From positions 32,001 through 96,000 of the forward strand of contig JBBAPZ010000005.1 of NCBI GenBank assembly GCA_040400605.1: 64,000 bases of DNA. The letters are read 5' to 3'. The notes beneath the pieces are model-generated. The model ran no database searches and was not told the origin of the DNA. It saw only the letters and a list, made by a program, of their open reading frames with translations. The position numbers and the translations under genes were made by a program. Below, piece by piece: positions 8,523 to 17,735 of this stretch. The stretch comes from Candidatus Sericytochromatia bacterium. GTDB lineage: Bacteria; Cyanobacteriota; Sericytochromatia; S15B-MN24; JAQBPE01. Position 1 is the stretch's first letter; each line of letters opens with the position of its first letter.

Positions 8523-10652
8523 TCACTCAACCATCAACTCATAGCGATTTTCCTGTTGGCGCTCCCCTCTCATCCCGAATGTCAAAGTTAGATGATGCGT
8601 GCCGCTCTTTTGAGGGCGGAAGCTCATCTTTGTTGCGAATTGACTCGTGCAGTCCGCATCCAAGTTCAGTCCAACGATCTCCTCATTGATAAGGTTTTCG
8701 TCCGGATCTGCCAGCACGATCCGTATCTCGACCGGGATGGCGTGATGTTGGTCGTTAACTGCAAAAATCGGCAGACGGTAGCGACTTCCGACGCGATAGT
8801 GATCCGTGGGTGTCAAACAAAAAGCGTATAGCGGCGCCAGGCAGGCGGCATAGGTGTGGTACGAGGATTTGGGCTCGCGCCAGTAGTCGATCAGCGACCA
8901 ACTCACACACGGATGGGAATCTGTAAACATAAAGTTCAGAAAGCCACCATTGGGGCGATACTTGTAGAATCGCAACCGATCCACGTAATACCGCAGAATT
9001 TCGCTTTGATAATTCTGAGAACGGGTCACGAGATCGGACAGTTGTCTTGATCGCGTATCGATCCACAACGACATCAGATCCCACTGCAGGAGGTAATGCT
9101 CTTTCAGGGTTTGCCAGTTGGCCTCGTTCAGGTCGTCGGGCAGGAATTGGCGCGAATTTTCATAATTCGGAAAACTTTGGGTCCCAAATTCCGTGACAAA
9201 TCGCAAATTGCGTGGGAACAGACGGCGCCAGAGATCAAACCACCGCTTGGGACCATATGACATGTACCATCCAAAATAATAATGACCGTCTGTCCCAGAT
9301 AGCCAAAACGGCACCCATAACTCACCGGATGATCGGATGACCGTTCTATAAGGATCCATGTTTCGGGTTTGCCTGGCCAACTGATGCGCCATGACATCCC
9401 GGTTCCAACTGAACAACATACTCCAGTACGTTTTCAGTTTGCGTAACCAAGGCTCCACCGACGTATCATCAACATGCAAAGGCTCATTGTGCATGCACCA
9501 GATCACGATGCTCGGATGATGTCCCAGCGAGCGCACCATCTCCCGACACTGGCGCAGCGCCTCCGGCAACACGTGTCGGGCATAGAGCCACTGCATCGGA
9601 AAATCTTGCCACAACAAAACCCCTGCTTCATTCGCCGCCTGATAAATCGCTGGGTGATCGACGTGCGCGTGAATACGCAACATGTTCATGTGCGCAGCTT
9701 TTGCTAACGCCATGTCACACCGCGCACGATCCAGATTCATCATCGCCAACCGCACATCACCCGGCGCATAATTACTGCCTTTAAGGTAAAGACGCTTTCC
9801 ATTCAGCCACGCCACGTAATCGTCCATGCGCCATAACCGGAAACCGGTTATCTGCTCAGCCTCAGCGACTTGACCATCAGGTCCCGTGAGTGCCAGGTGG
9901 ACCTCGTACAAGTGCGGGAACCCGAGATCGTGCGTCCACCACAGTTCGAGTGAAGACACATTCACCACGAAGCTGCCGTTGTCTTGATCCGGCTCCAGCT
10001 CAACGTGCCCGGCAGCCCGAACGGCCGCACCCTCAAAATTTGTGGGCGTGAGTGTCAACACCCACTCTGCCTGGAACGCCGCCGCCAGCGTACGGTTAAA
10101 ACGCACTGATATGCGGCTGTGGTCGCGATTTTGCTCCAGCAGATCGCTCTGCAAGGCACCGATGTGAAAGGCTGCGCGCTCGATTAACTCAACATCTTGC
10201 CACAGACCACCGGCATTGTAATGATAGGAAGACATCGCGTCCCAGTGTGCAAAAACACCCGTGATCGTTTCTTTCTCAAGACACGCTCGCTCAATGGGAC
10301 TATCAACTTCAATCAGCAACTCGTTTTCTGGACCCAGCAGATGCGAGACCAGATAATCGTGCGCAAAAAAATAACCGGCACCCGAACCAATCCATTGACC
10401 ATTCAGACAGATGCGATGACGGTAAAAAACGCCTGATAGCCGTAAGTAAACGTCTCGTTCAGTTACCGCGGATTCCCAATTGAAAAACCGACGATACAGC
10501 AGTTTGCCACTATGATGACGAAGTTCCGGGTGATTTTGCCAGTGGTCCGGCACCACGTGAGTGACCCAAGGTGCCTCATCTGCTTGCCCCTCGCGCACGG
10601 GACGCAACTCCCACACGCCAGAGAGGCTCTGTCGTTTCAACGGGTGCACCAC
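8523..10652 (-). CDS. Glycoside hydrolase family 2 (beta-mannosidase-like)
   Basis: N-terminal sugar-binding and Ig-like segments, WWTHDLGFPHLY, HPSIVIWCMHNEP acid/base, FVTEFG nucleophile. Confidence 0.85.
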   Translation of the reverse strand: MVHPLKRQSLSGVWELRPVREGQADEAPWVTHVVPDHWQNHPELRHHSGKLLYRRFFNWESAVTERDVYLRLSGVFYRHRICLNGQWIGSGAGYFFAHDYLVSHLLGPENELLIEVDSPIERACLEKETITGVFAHWDAMSSYHYNAGGLWQDVELIERAAFHIGALQSDLLEQNRDHSRISVRFNRTLAAAFQAEWVLTLTPTNFEGAAVRAAGHVELEPDQDNGSFVVNVSSLELWWTHDLGFPHLYEVHLALTGPDGQVAEAEQITGFRLWRMDDYVAWLNGKRLYLKGSNYAPGDVRLAMMNLDRARCDMALAKAAHMNMLRIHAHVDHPAIYQAANEAGVLLWQDFPMQWLYARHVLPEALRQCREMVRSLGHHPSIVIWCMHNEPLHVDDTSVEPWLRKLKTYWSMLFSWNRDVMAHQLARQTRNMDPYRTVIRSSGELWVPFWLSGTDGHYYFGWYMSYGPKRWFDLWRRLFPRNLRFVTEFGTQSFPNYENSRQFLPDDLNEANWQTLKEHYLLQWDLMSLWIDTRSRQLSDLVTRSQNYQSEILRYYVDRLRFYKYRPNGGFLNFMFTDSHPCVSWSLIDYWREPKSSYHTYAACLAPLYAFCLTPTDHYRVGSRYRLPIFAVNDQHHAIPVEIRIVLADPDENLINEEIVGLNLDADCTSQFATKMSFRPQKSGTHHLTLTFGMRGERQQENRYELMVE

Positions 10653-10655
10653 GGG

Positions 10656-11801
10656 CTACAGGGCCCTGAGTGACGTCGTGACTACCAAATCCTTAAACTT
10701 TTCGTTCTGCACAATGTTATCTTCGTCATCGCGGAATTTGATGAGCACATTGATCAAAGCCGGTTGATCCTTCGGGTCCGGTGCGTTAAAGAAGGACTTC
10801 AGTGTCGACGAACCAATCGGCACCAGAATTTCCTCAGGCGGCCCGAATGAGTTTTGCTGCGCCGCAGGAATCTGTTTCGGCGGAATGCCATATCTGACCG
10901 GGCCGTACTGCACAACCGGCAAGCCACCGAGACTGCGCGCCAAGGTCGTAAACTCATAGGTCAGTTCAACTGCATTAACCATCACCCCTTGTGACCCAGG
11001 GGGCGCTTTCAGGGTTACTTGGATATCCGGCGGATCCGGCTCGTAGGCAAGACTGGTTTCGATTCGCGATACCCCGCCTTCCGAGTTCTCCTTGACGGTG
11101 GCCCTGACCACGATGCCGGTCGTTGGTCGGGTGTTGGTCCACTGCACGACACGCGGTAACGGCAGCGAAGGGTCCGCAGCCGCCACGGACTCAGGAATCA
11201 GCACATTCAGCGCAATGCCGGTCAAAATGTTGTTCGCAAACACGATCGTTCGGTTCTCCGCAGACACCGCGCCGCCGTAAGTTGCTGTGAGCGTCACGTT
11301 CCCTGCGGGTATATTCTCAAGGAAAAACTCACCCTTTCGCAGATACATGTAACGTTTCTGCCAACCTTGCTCGTCCGCAGGATCGATTGCAGGCGGAAAC
11401 TTACGCGCTCGGCGCTCAGCCGGCACTTCCTTCTTGCCGTCATCATAATCATGAAGCACAAAGATCGTCTTGCTGTCATCTTGAAACTTATCCGCTTCAT
11501 CCTGCGTGGTGATGCATTCTTCAGCACCAGGCGGATTGCCGGTCAATGTCGATGAGCCACCGGATGTCACAAAGGCCAGCGGGATGGGAACTTCAACCCC
11601 CTTCGCCCCATAGACGAACCCCTGCACGCTCCCTCGCCGGATCACAGGCGGTGATGGCTTTGCCCGTCCACCCAAAATCGGACCAAGGGCCGGATATTGT
11701 AAGACGAGAGCATCGCGTTGTTCAGTGCAACTGATGACCGATGACAAAACCAGGATGCCCATTATCAACTTCGATCGTGACAATGACCGTTTCACACGCA
11801 T
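10656..11801 (-). CDS. Hypothetical lipoprotein (possible carboxypeptidase-regulatory-like beta domain)
   Basis: VISC lipobox, GSVQGFV...GEFFLENIPAGNVTLTA; GAGGAG RBS. Confidence 0.65.
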   Translation of the reverse strand: MRVKRSLSRSKLIMGILVLSSVISCTEQRDALVLQYPALGPILGGRAKPSPPVIRRGSVQGFVYGAKGVEVPIPLAFVTSGGSSTLTGNPPGAEECITTQDEADKFQDDSKTIFVLHDYDDGKKEVPAERRARKFPPAIDPADEQGWQKRYMYLRKGEFFLENIPAGNVTLTATYGGAVSAENRTIVFANNILTGIALNVLIPESVAAADPSLPLPRVVQWTNTRPTTGIVVRATVKENSEGGVSRIETSLAYEPDPPDIQVTLKAPPGSQGVMVNAVELTYEFTTLARSLGGLPVVQYGPVRYGIPPKQIPAAQQNSFGPPEEILVPIGSSTLKSFFNAPDPKDQPALINVLIKFRDDEDNIVQNEKFKDLVVTTSLRAL

Positions 11802-11810
11802 TCTCCTCAC

Positions 11811-12401
11811 TTATTGGGTAACATTGCCGATGAAACGAATTGGTATGCTCACAGGAATCTCGATTTGATTGTAGTTGTCGTCTTGTCCCGACAGCAATAC
11901 ACGACAACTGATGCTGTGCACCAACTCTTCACGCAGGCGTGGAGACGGCGCAAACGCAAAATTCTGATTCCGACCGTAGCGCCTCACCTCTTGGTGATCA
12001 ATGGGAAGCCGCACAGTTACCGTTGAAACCTGACCATTCGAGGCAGGTGGAATGTAGACACCCACAGCAAGATTCGATTTCGAAATATCCAAACTATCAA
12101 TGGGATTACCAGAGTTGTCATAGTACTCCGCAAGATAATTGTTGATGTAACAACCCGGCGTCCCGTCGTTGGGAAACGATGAAATCTGAATGTCCACGTC
12201 TCTCACTTCAACAAGAAACAGTCTCTGTTCAGTTTGGTAGGTTGTAGTGACCTCCATCAGTGACGGCACCGGCACGGCATAAAGGCGGGACGCAGGCAGC
12301 AACGGATTGGAGATGTCAAAAAACTTGCACCCGGTGATCAATGCGGCCGCAAGACCCATGATGCCGAAACCCAACCCCGTTCTTAGAGCGATGACGCGCA
12401 T
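11811..12401 (-). CDS. Hypothetical lipoprotein
   Basis: LITGC lipobox; AGGAG RBS upstream of ATG 12401 (ATG 12428 is an alternative). Confidence 0.65.
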   Translation of the reverse strand: MRVIALRTGLGFGIMGLAAALITGCKFFDISNPLLPASRLYAVPVPSLMEVTTTYQTEQRLFLVEVRDVDIQISSFPNDGTPGCYINNYLAEYYDNSGNPIDSLDISKSNLAVGVYIPPASNGQVSTVTVRLPIDHQEVRRYGRNQNFAFAPSPRLREELVHSISCRVLLSGQDDNYNQIEIPVSIPIRFIGNVTQ

Positions 12402-12645
12402 GGCAGCGTAAGACTCCTGTTTCCTCATGATGTCCACTCGTGGCAATATCTAGTGTACCCGCACCAAGGGTGCTTAAACCGAGCGACTGAGCGCTTTTTC
12501 CTCCGCACCTCATCCGCCTGGGCCCCATCATAGACGCTGCCCCCCCGGTTGACTGTGACCGATGGCCCAATCTTGGATCTTTGCTTTGCGACCTGTACCG
12601 TTCCTGAGCGTGTTTGACTGTTTCTCGTCGTTCAGAAATTTGCAT

Positions 12646-13164
12646 TCACAGGCCAGCAGCCTGTGATGTCACCAATGCCTGCTTCTGCGCGCTGAGCCGA
12701 TAATACCTTTCCCGTGTGACTTTGAAGTAACCGGCAAGGCTTCGGGGCAATCCTATTTTTGACCATAGCCGCTGATACCAAACCGGTTGGTCGCCAGCCT
12801 GTCGATAATTGGAAAAAGAAACGATGGTTTCGGTACGTACTTTCAACAATCGCAACTTCAAAAGACCGGAACAGTGTGGGTGGCGGCTCAACAACAGCCG
12901 CAACATTCCGAGTGCCAGCAAACGAAGTTGCTGCCGGGTTGTCACATTTTTCGACAGCGTGAGCGTGAACCGCAATCGTCGACGGTCAAGCCGTTTTAAC
13001 TCGACGATTAAACAATGCCTAGACCAGTCGTTCGCACAGGGTTTCGTGTCGATCACCGCCATCGTGTGATCAACTTGTTCAACCCAGTAGTGCCAATTGG
13101 GGACGTCTGAAGCAAACGGCAAAATGGGACCTTTGAAACGGCTTTCGGTACTGGCTTGATGCAA
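12646..13164 (-). CDS. Hypothetical basic protein
   Basis: Long ORF with strong GGGAGGAG RBS before TTG 13164; no recognisable motif. Confidence 0.45.
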   Translation of the reverse strand: MHQASTESRFKGPILPFASDVPNWHYWVEQVDHTMAVIDTKPCANDWSRHCLIVELKRLDRRRLRFTLTLSKNVTTRQQLRLLALGMLRLLLSRHPHCSGLLKLRLLKVRTETIVSFSNYRQAGDQPVWYQRLWSKIGLPRSLAGYFKVTRERYYRLSAQKQALVTSQAAGL

Positions 13165-13681
13165 GGTGAATCTCCTCCCTGATACGAACCACACAGCGGT
13201 GTGGAACACATGTTCTAATTGAAAGGATATTCGAAAGTTTGTTCCAAGTCCAGTGTTCAAGCGCACAACAGTGAACGGACTGTGTCGAAGGTGTGGCGGT
13301 TGCGACAAAACAAGCCCTGCGACATGGCGCTGCGCGCCCCCTGTCTTCTCATTGCATTGGTGTGGCTAACGCGTGAAGCTGCAAGACAACACGCGCGGCT
13401 ATGACGCATTCGTGACTGTCCAAAACTTGTTCAGCCAATGCGAAAACAGCCGTCAGTCACTAATCGGTGTTCAATGCCAACTAAAAATCGGATCGACCGT
13501 TACTGCGGCTTTGTATCAATCAATTCGTACGCAAACTGTCGTCAAACGGATTTGATAGCTCTGTCTCAAGCGCTTTTCGCCTGGCTGTCACAAGCGAGGA
13601 TCTCGTGTGAGCGGTGATACAGCGCTTGGCGGGGCTGATCGAAGCACGTGCGTCCGATTGTGGATATCGCCTTGATACCAC

Positions 13682-14443
13682 TCAACTGGACTTGTTGGGG
13701 TGTCGGCCGGCACTCATCCCGCCGTCAATAGCCATCACGGTGCCGGTCATCCAGGCGGATTCGAGCAGAAAGCGAATGGCCTGAGCGATTTCGACGGCAT
13801 CACCGATACGACCCAGTGGGTGAAGGGCCAGCGATGCTTTTAGTGCCGTTTCACTGGTGGTGAGTGCCGCTGAAAGTGGCGTTTTGACCAAAGCGGGTGC
13901 GACCGCATTGATACGGATGCCGGAGGCTGCATAGGTCATCGCTGCTGCGCGCACCAAGCCTTCGATACCGGCTTTGGCTGATGCGATCGCCTCATGATTC
14001 GCCAAGCCCGTAGCAGCAGCTACCGACGAACAACACACAACCGCACCGTGACCTTGTTTCAAGAAAACCGGCATGACGGCCTTCATCGCCAGAAAGGCAC
14101 CCAGGGTATTTAGGCGCCAGGCGTGTTCAAAGTCTTCTGGGCTTGTCAGATGCAAGGGACGCAGTTTGATTGTGCCAACTGCGTGTACCAGTTGATCCAC
14201 CCGTCCAAAGCGTTCCAGTGTCTGCTGAACCGCTTGCACCATGTCCGCCTGCACGGTGGTGTCGCCAACGATGCTCAGGGTCTCTCCACCCAACTCGGAG
14301 GCCAGCTGCGACAGGCGATCGCCCTGACGCGCAACAAGCGTCAACCGCCCCCCCGCCTGAGCCAGCAATCGCGCCGTCTCACTCCCGATCCCCCCAGTGG
14401 CACCAATAATCACGGTGACACGCCCTGCTTGTGTTTGCTCCAC
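13682..14443 (-). CDS. SDR family oxidoreductase
   Basis: GATGGIG, RINAVAP, DGG; catalytic YxxxK replaced by IASAK. Confidence 0.9.
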   Translation of the reverse strand: MEQTQAGRVTVIIGATGGIGSETARLLAQAGGRLTLVARQGDRLSQLASELGGETLSIVGDTTVQADMVQAVQQTLERFGRVDQLVHAVGTIKLRPLHLTSPEDFEHAWRLNTLGAFLAMKAVMPVFLKQGHGAVVCCSSVAAATGLANHEAIASAKAGIEGLVRAAAMTYAASGIRINAVAPALVKTPLSAALTTSETALKASLALHPLGRIGDAVEIAQAIRFLLESAWMTGTVMAIDGGMSAGRHPNKSS

Positions 14444-14612
14444 GGTTTACACCTTTCTCGTTGCCAAAAAACTACCTAACCGTCGTCACCCGTTACCACA
14501 TACGCTGCGTGTCAACCAACCGCCCTTTGCCTCTTCCGTCGCCAATCAGCCGCGGTGGCTTCCGTTGCCATAACGGTTCAGCCTCACTGCCGGCCGATGT
14601 TCGACACGGCCG

Positions 14613-15782
14613 TTAGGTACTGTGATGGGCATTGGGACACAGGATAATAGCTGGCCCGCCATGCCGCGCGCGGTGCAGTTGTGCCCGGTCGTAAACAACC
14701 CGCCCGGTTGCTGTACCGCGCCCTGCAGGATCATGCACAATGACATCACCAGTCTTGGTAAACCCGCTAACCATGACAATATGTCCGTTAGATGCAGCCA
14801 CCGGCGCACCTGCCAACTCACCCGCCTGGTAATGGATGCTGAGCAGACACGGGTGGCCGTGAAGAATCTCGTTTTCGACACTGTTCCAATCGGATGCCCA
14901 GTCAACCCGCCCCGCATGGCTTCCTGGTTGAGGCGGCCTTTGACCTGGCAGGCGCTGCCAGTGTTCCGCCAGCAGACTGCTGCCTGCCGCCGCCAGAAAG
15001 GCCCAATTTCCATAGATCTCATTCCGGGCATCCCAACAACGCGCGATCACCTCTTCAAGCGGTACATTCACGCCACACGCGGCAAGTGCCATCGTCAGGG
15101 AAGTCGGCCCACACACCCGCCAGGACTGATCAGGCGGCGCCTCGCCTTGAGACCGGTGTCGAACAAACAATTCCTTGCCCCACGCCTTGGAAGGATGGCG
15201 GCTCATTGCACGCCCGCTTTCGCCAGTACCCCGTACGGCCAAGGACAACATGCGCAGGGTAGGCGTGCGGTCGGGTCGCTCACTGTAAAGCATTATGTTC
15301 ACCTTCAAGCGATCGCCCTCCCGGTTGAGGAACAACGTATCCGCATCTACCTTGACCCATTCATCCGCACCATCCAACCCTCCGGAACTCACCCCTTTTT
15401 GGCTGACAGGTACCGAACCCCAACGAGCCAACTCACGCCACCGCGACCAATGGGCCCCGCCATCCGCACTGACCGCCACCGCAACGGTCACACCCGTTCC
15501 CGATGGCGTCAAGGCATTCCACGACGGAATCACCTCATTGAAGCCCCCACTGTAATGCAGGTGCGCAAACGTGACGCCGCCCTCACGATGAAAACCTCCG
15601 GCGGTATCATCGCTGAGGCGAATGCCACCGTACTGCGCGTCGTAGCGCACACGATCGAGACTTGCGTGACGGATCGCCTGCAAACCGAAAAATCGATCCG
15701 TCCGTTCAGTGGCCGCAGCAACAGGTGCGGCTTGCTGCCACACAACAATGAAACACGCCCATAACCAACACCAACGTAACAC
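14613..15782 (-). CDS. Secreted C39-like (papain-fold) peptidase
   Basis: Signal peptide; SQ...CGPTSLTM, YGNW, GHIVMVSGF, VIVHDP give Cys/His/Asp triad. Confidence 0.85.
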   Translation of the reverse strand: MLRWCWLWACFIVVWQQAAPVAAATERTDRFFGLQAIRHASLDRVRYDAQYGGIRLSDDTAGGFHREGGVTFAHLHYSGGFNEVIPSWNALTPSGTGVTVAVAVSADGGAHWSRWRELARWGSVPVSQKGVSSGGLDGADEWVKVDADTLFLNREGDRLKVNIMLYSERPDRTPTLRMLSLAVRGTGESGRAMSRHPSKAWGKELFVRHRSQGEAPPDQSWRVCGPTSLTMALAACGVNVPLEEVIARCWDARNEIYGNWAFLAAAGSSLLAEHWQRLPGQRPPQPGSHAGRVDWASDWNSVENEILHGHPCLLSIHYQAGELAGAPVAASNGHIVMVSGFTKTGDVIVHDPAGRGTATGRVVYDRAQLHRARHGGPAIILCPNAHHST

Positions 15783-15862
15783 CGCTAGAAAACCCCTGTA
15801 AAGAAATCCCCAGCCCTACTTGAAACAGGGCCGGGGAAACCAACTTTTTTTAGCTTGCGCGA

Positions 15863-16141
15863 TCAAGCCTCTTCTTCGCTCATCGCTTCAATGTGAGCGA
15901 CAACTGCCTGAAACTCTTCATCGTTGTCAATCATCTCGAACTGATCATCCGCCACGCGAAGCACAAGCACTTCTTCATCTTCTTCAGATTCTTCATCGCC
16001 CTCGGCTGGGTATAACAGCGCATATTCTTTACCATTTACCTCGACGAAATCGACGACCTGAAACTCGTGGCTTTTACCTTCCTCATCCACGAGGGTGATA
16101 ACTTGTTCGTCGTCATTGGCGGTTTCAAATTCGTTGACCAT
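15863..16141 (-). CDS. DUF1292 domain protein
   Basis: Very acidic; ITLVDEEG, EYALLYP, DEEFQAV; lies downstream of ruvX as in Firmicutes. Confidence 0.85.
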   Translation of the reverse strand: MVNEFETANDDEQVITLVDEEGKSHEFQVVDFVEVNGKEYALLYPAEGDEESEEDEEVLVLRVADDQFEMIDNDEEFQAVVAHIEAMSEEEA

Positions 16142-16144
16142 TGT

Positions 16145-16573
16145 TCACTCCTTGCCTGATTTGGACTGGCGATCGAGATACCCCTGAAGAATGACTGCTG
16201 CTGCTTGCTGATCAATGATCGCCTGGCGTTTGCGCGCACGTAGACCACTTTCAATCATCGCCCGTTGCGCCTGACGCGTACTCAATCGTTCATCCACCCG
16301 ATGGATCGGCAAGGTGGTCATCGTGGACAGTTCATCAATGAAATCATCAACAAAACGGGCCTGCTCCCCCACAGTGCCATTCATATTACGAGGGTAGCCT
16401 ACCACAATGCATGTCGGCTTGTATAGTTCGAGGATCGCCGCCAACGCCGCAAAGTCCTTGTCGCGATTTTGTCGGCGAATGGTGGTGGTTCCAGACGCAA
16501 TGATCCCCAACGGGTCGCTGTGAGCGACCCCGATGGTCTTTGTGCCGACATCCAGTCCAATGACGCAACTCAC
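16145..16573 (-). CDS. ruvX: YqgF/RuvX family nuclease
   Basis: GLDVGTKTIGVA, VVGYP, VDERLST, IDQQAAAVILQ; AGGAGG RBS before GTG 16573. Confidence 0.93.
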   Translation of the reverse strand: MSCVIGLDVGTKTIGVAHSDPLGIIASGTTTIRRQNRDKDFAALAAILELYKPTCIVVGYPRNMNGTVGEQARFVDDFIDELSTMTTLPIHRVDERLSTRQAQRAMIESGLRARKRQAIIDQQAAAVILQGYLDRQSKSGKE

Positions 16574-16575
16574 GA

Positions 16576-17721
16576 TCAGGCACCTCCTTGGCTCGTGTCG
16601 GCATCGCGGCTCACGATCCGTAAAATGGCGTCCGCTTGAGCGCGTATCGCGCTCAGATGGGTAAGCGCGAGGTGTCGGGCTCCTGCTGAACCATCCAGAA
16701 TGACGCTCGACCACTCCTGCGCGGTCAGTTGGTGCAGCCAACCATGCGCCTCCCCGAGCGATTGCAAGGGTAATGTTTCAGCCGATACGATGGGCCCTTC
16801 CGGATCCCACGGCAAAGCCTCAGCCTCTGCACGTACCGGAATGCCAACTGGCACATAACGCATATCTGCATCCATCTCTCGCGGTTCCTCGTTAAATGCC
16901 GGCTCCCGCGGCGGAGCGAAAAGTTTGCGAATACTGGCAACAGGTGCACGCTCCAAGGGAATCAGGGTTTCATCCTCCGTTTTAAGGCCGCCTTGATCCA
17001 GAATGTCCTGAAACATGTCCGGTCTTTGTGCCTGTAACTGCCCCAATGCGCGGGCTTGTCCCTTTTTCAGACCTTTTTCAACGGCCATGGCGATGATTTC
17101 GTCCGGTAGTTGCAGCAAGCTGACATCGGCGTTCAGAAAGCTTCGTGGCTCTTTACCTGCCATTTCCTGAAGGATCTGACGGACGGTCATTTCGTGCTTG
17201 ATCGCAAACTGCCTCGCCGGATGCACGTCGTGTGGATCTTGGGGCACATTCGTCAACAATGTGAGGATCGTATGAATACGCCACACGGCCGTGTCCCCAT
17301 TGATGCAGTCATACTGCGGGTCGTGACTGAGCGTCGCATCGAGAAACCGGCAGATGGCGTCAGTGTGTTCAATTGGATGTAAACGACTGCTTTTGATGTT
17401 TTCATGCAGGGTCATCCGTCTGGCAACCCAGTCATCACAGGCAATGACATCGACCATCATCGTTGTCCAGCCCAGGCGACGACAAGCTTCTACCCGTTGG
17501 TGACCAAAAACGACTTCGTAGTTGGGACCCATTTCGCGTACGCGTGGTCGTTGCAGGATTCCAACCGCCAAAATACTCGCCTGCAAACTCTCCAGAACCA
17601 GTGGGTCGAGAGCGCGTCGCGGTTGGTGGGGGCTGGGTCTGATGGTGTCCAATGACACCGTTTCAGTACGCAAAAAGGTGACCTGGTGATTGTCCGGATC
17701 GATCAGGGGACTGAGCAACAT
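16576..17721 (-). CDS. ParB/Sulfiredoxin N-terminal domain protein (orphan)
   Basis: IRPSPHQPR, GILQRP, GHQRVEA (GxxRxxA), HEN; divergent C-terminus. Confidence 0.75.
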   Translation of the reverse strand: MLLSPLIDPDNHQVTFLRTETVSLDTIRPSPHQPRRALDPLVLESLQASILAVGILQRPRVREMGPNYEVVFGHQRVEACRRLGWTTMMVDVIACDDWVARRMTLHENIKSSRLHPIEHTDAICRFLDATLSHDPQYDCINGDTAVWRIHTILTLLTNVPQDPHDVHPARQFAIKHEMTVRQILQEMAGKEPRSFLNADVSLLQLPDEIIAMAVEKGLKKGQARALGQLQAQRPDMFQDILDQGGLKTEDETLIPLERAPVASIRKLFAPPREPAFNEEPREMDADMRYVPVGIPVRAEAEALPWDPEGPIVSAETLPLQSLGEAHGWLHQLTAQEWSSVILDGSAGARHLALTHLSAIRAQADAILRIVSRDADTSQGGA

Positions 17722-17735
17722 TCACGCTCCTTGTC

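Noticed and set aside
8417..13430. Shared 14-mer CTGTC(A/C)AAAACTTG at ~8417 and ~13416
   Set aside because: Only two imperfect short copies; could be chance
14622..15764. 380-aa plus-strand ORF
   Set aside because: Antisense shadow of the C39-like peptidase; no motifs
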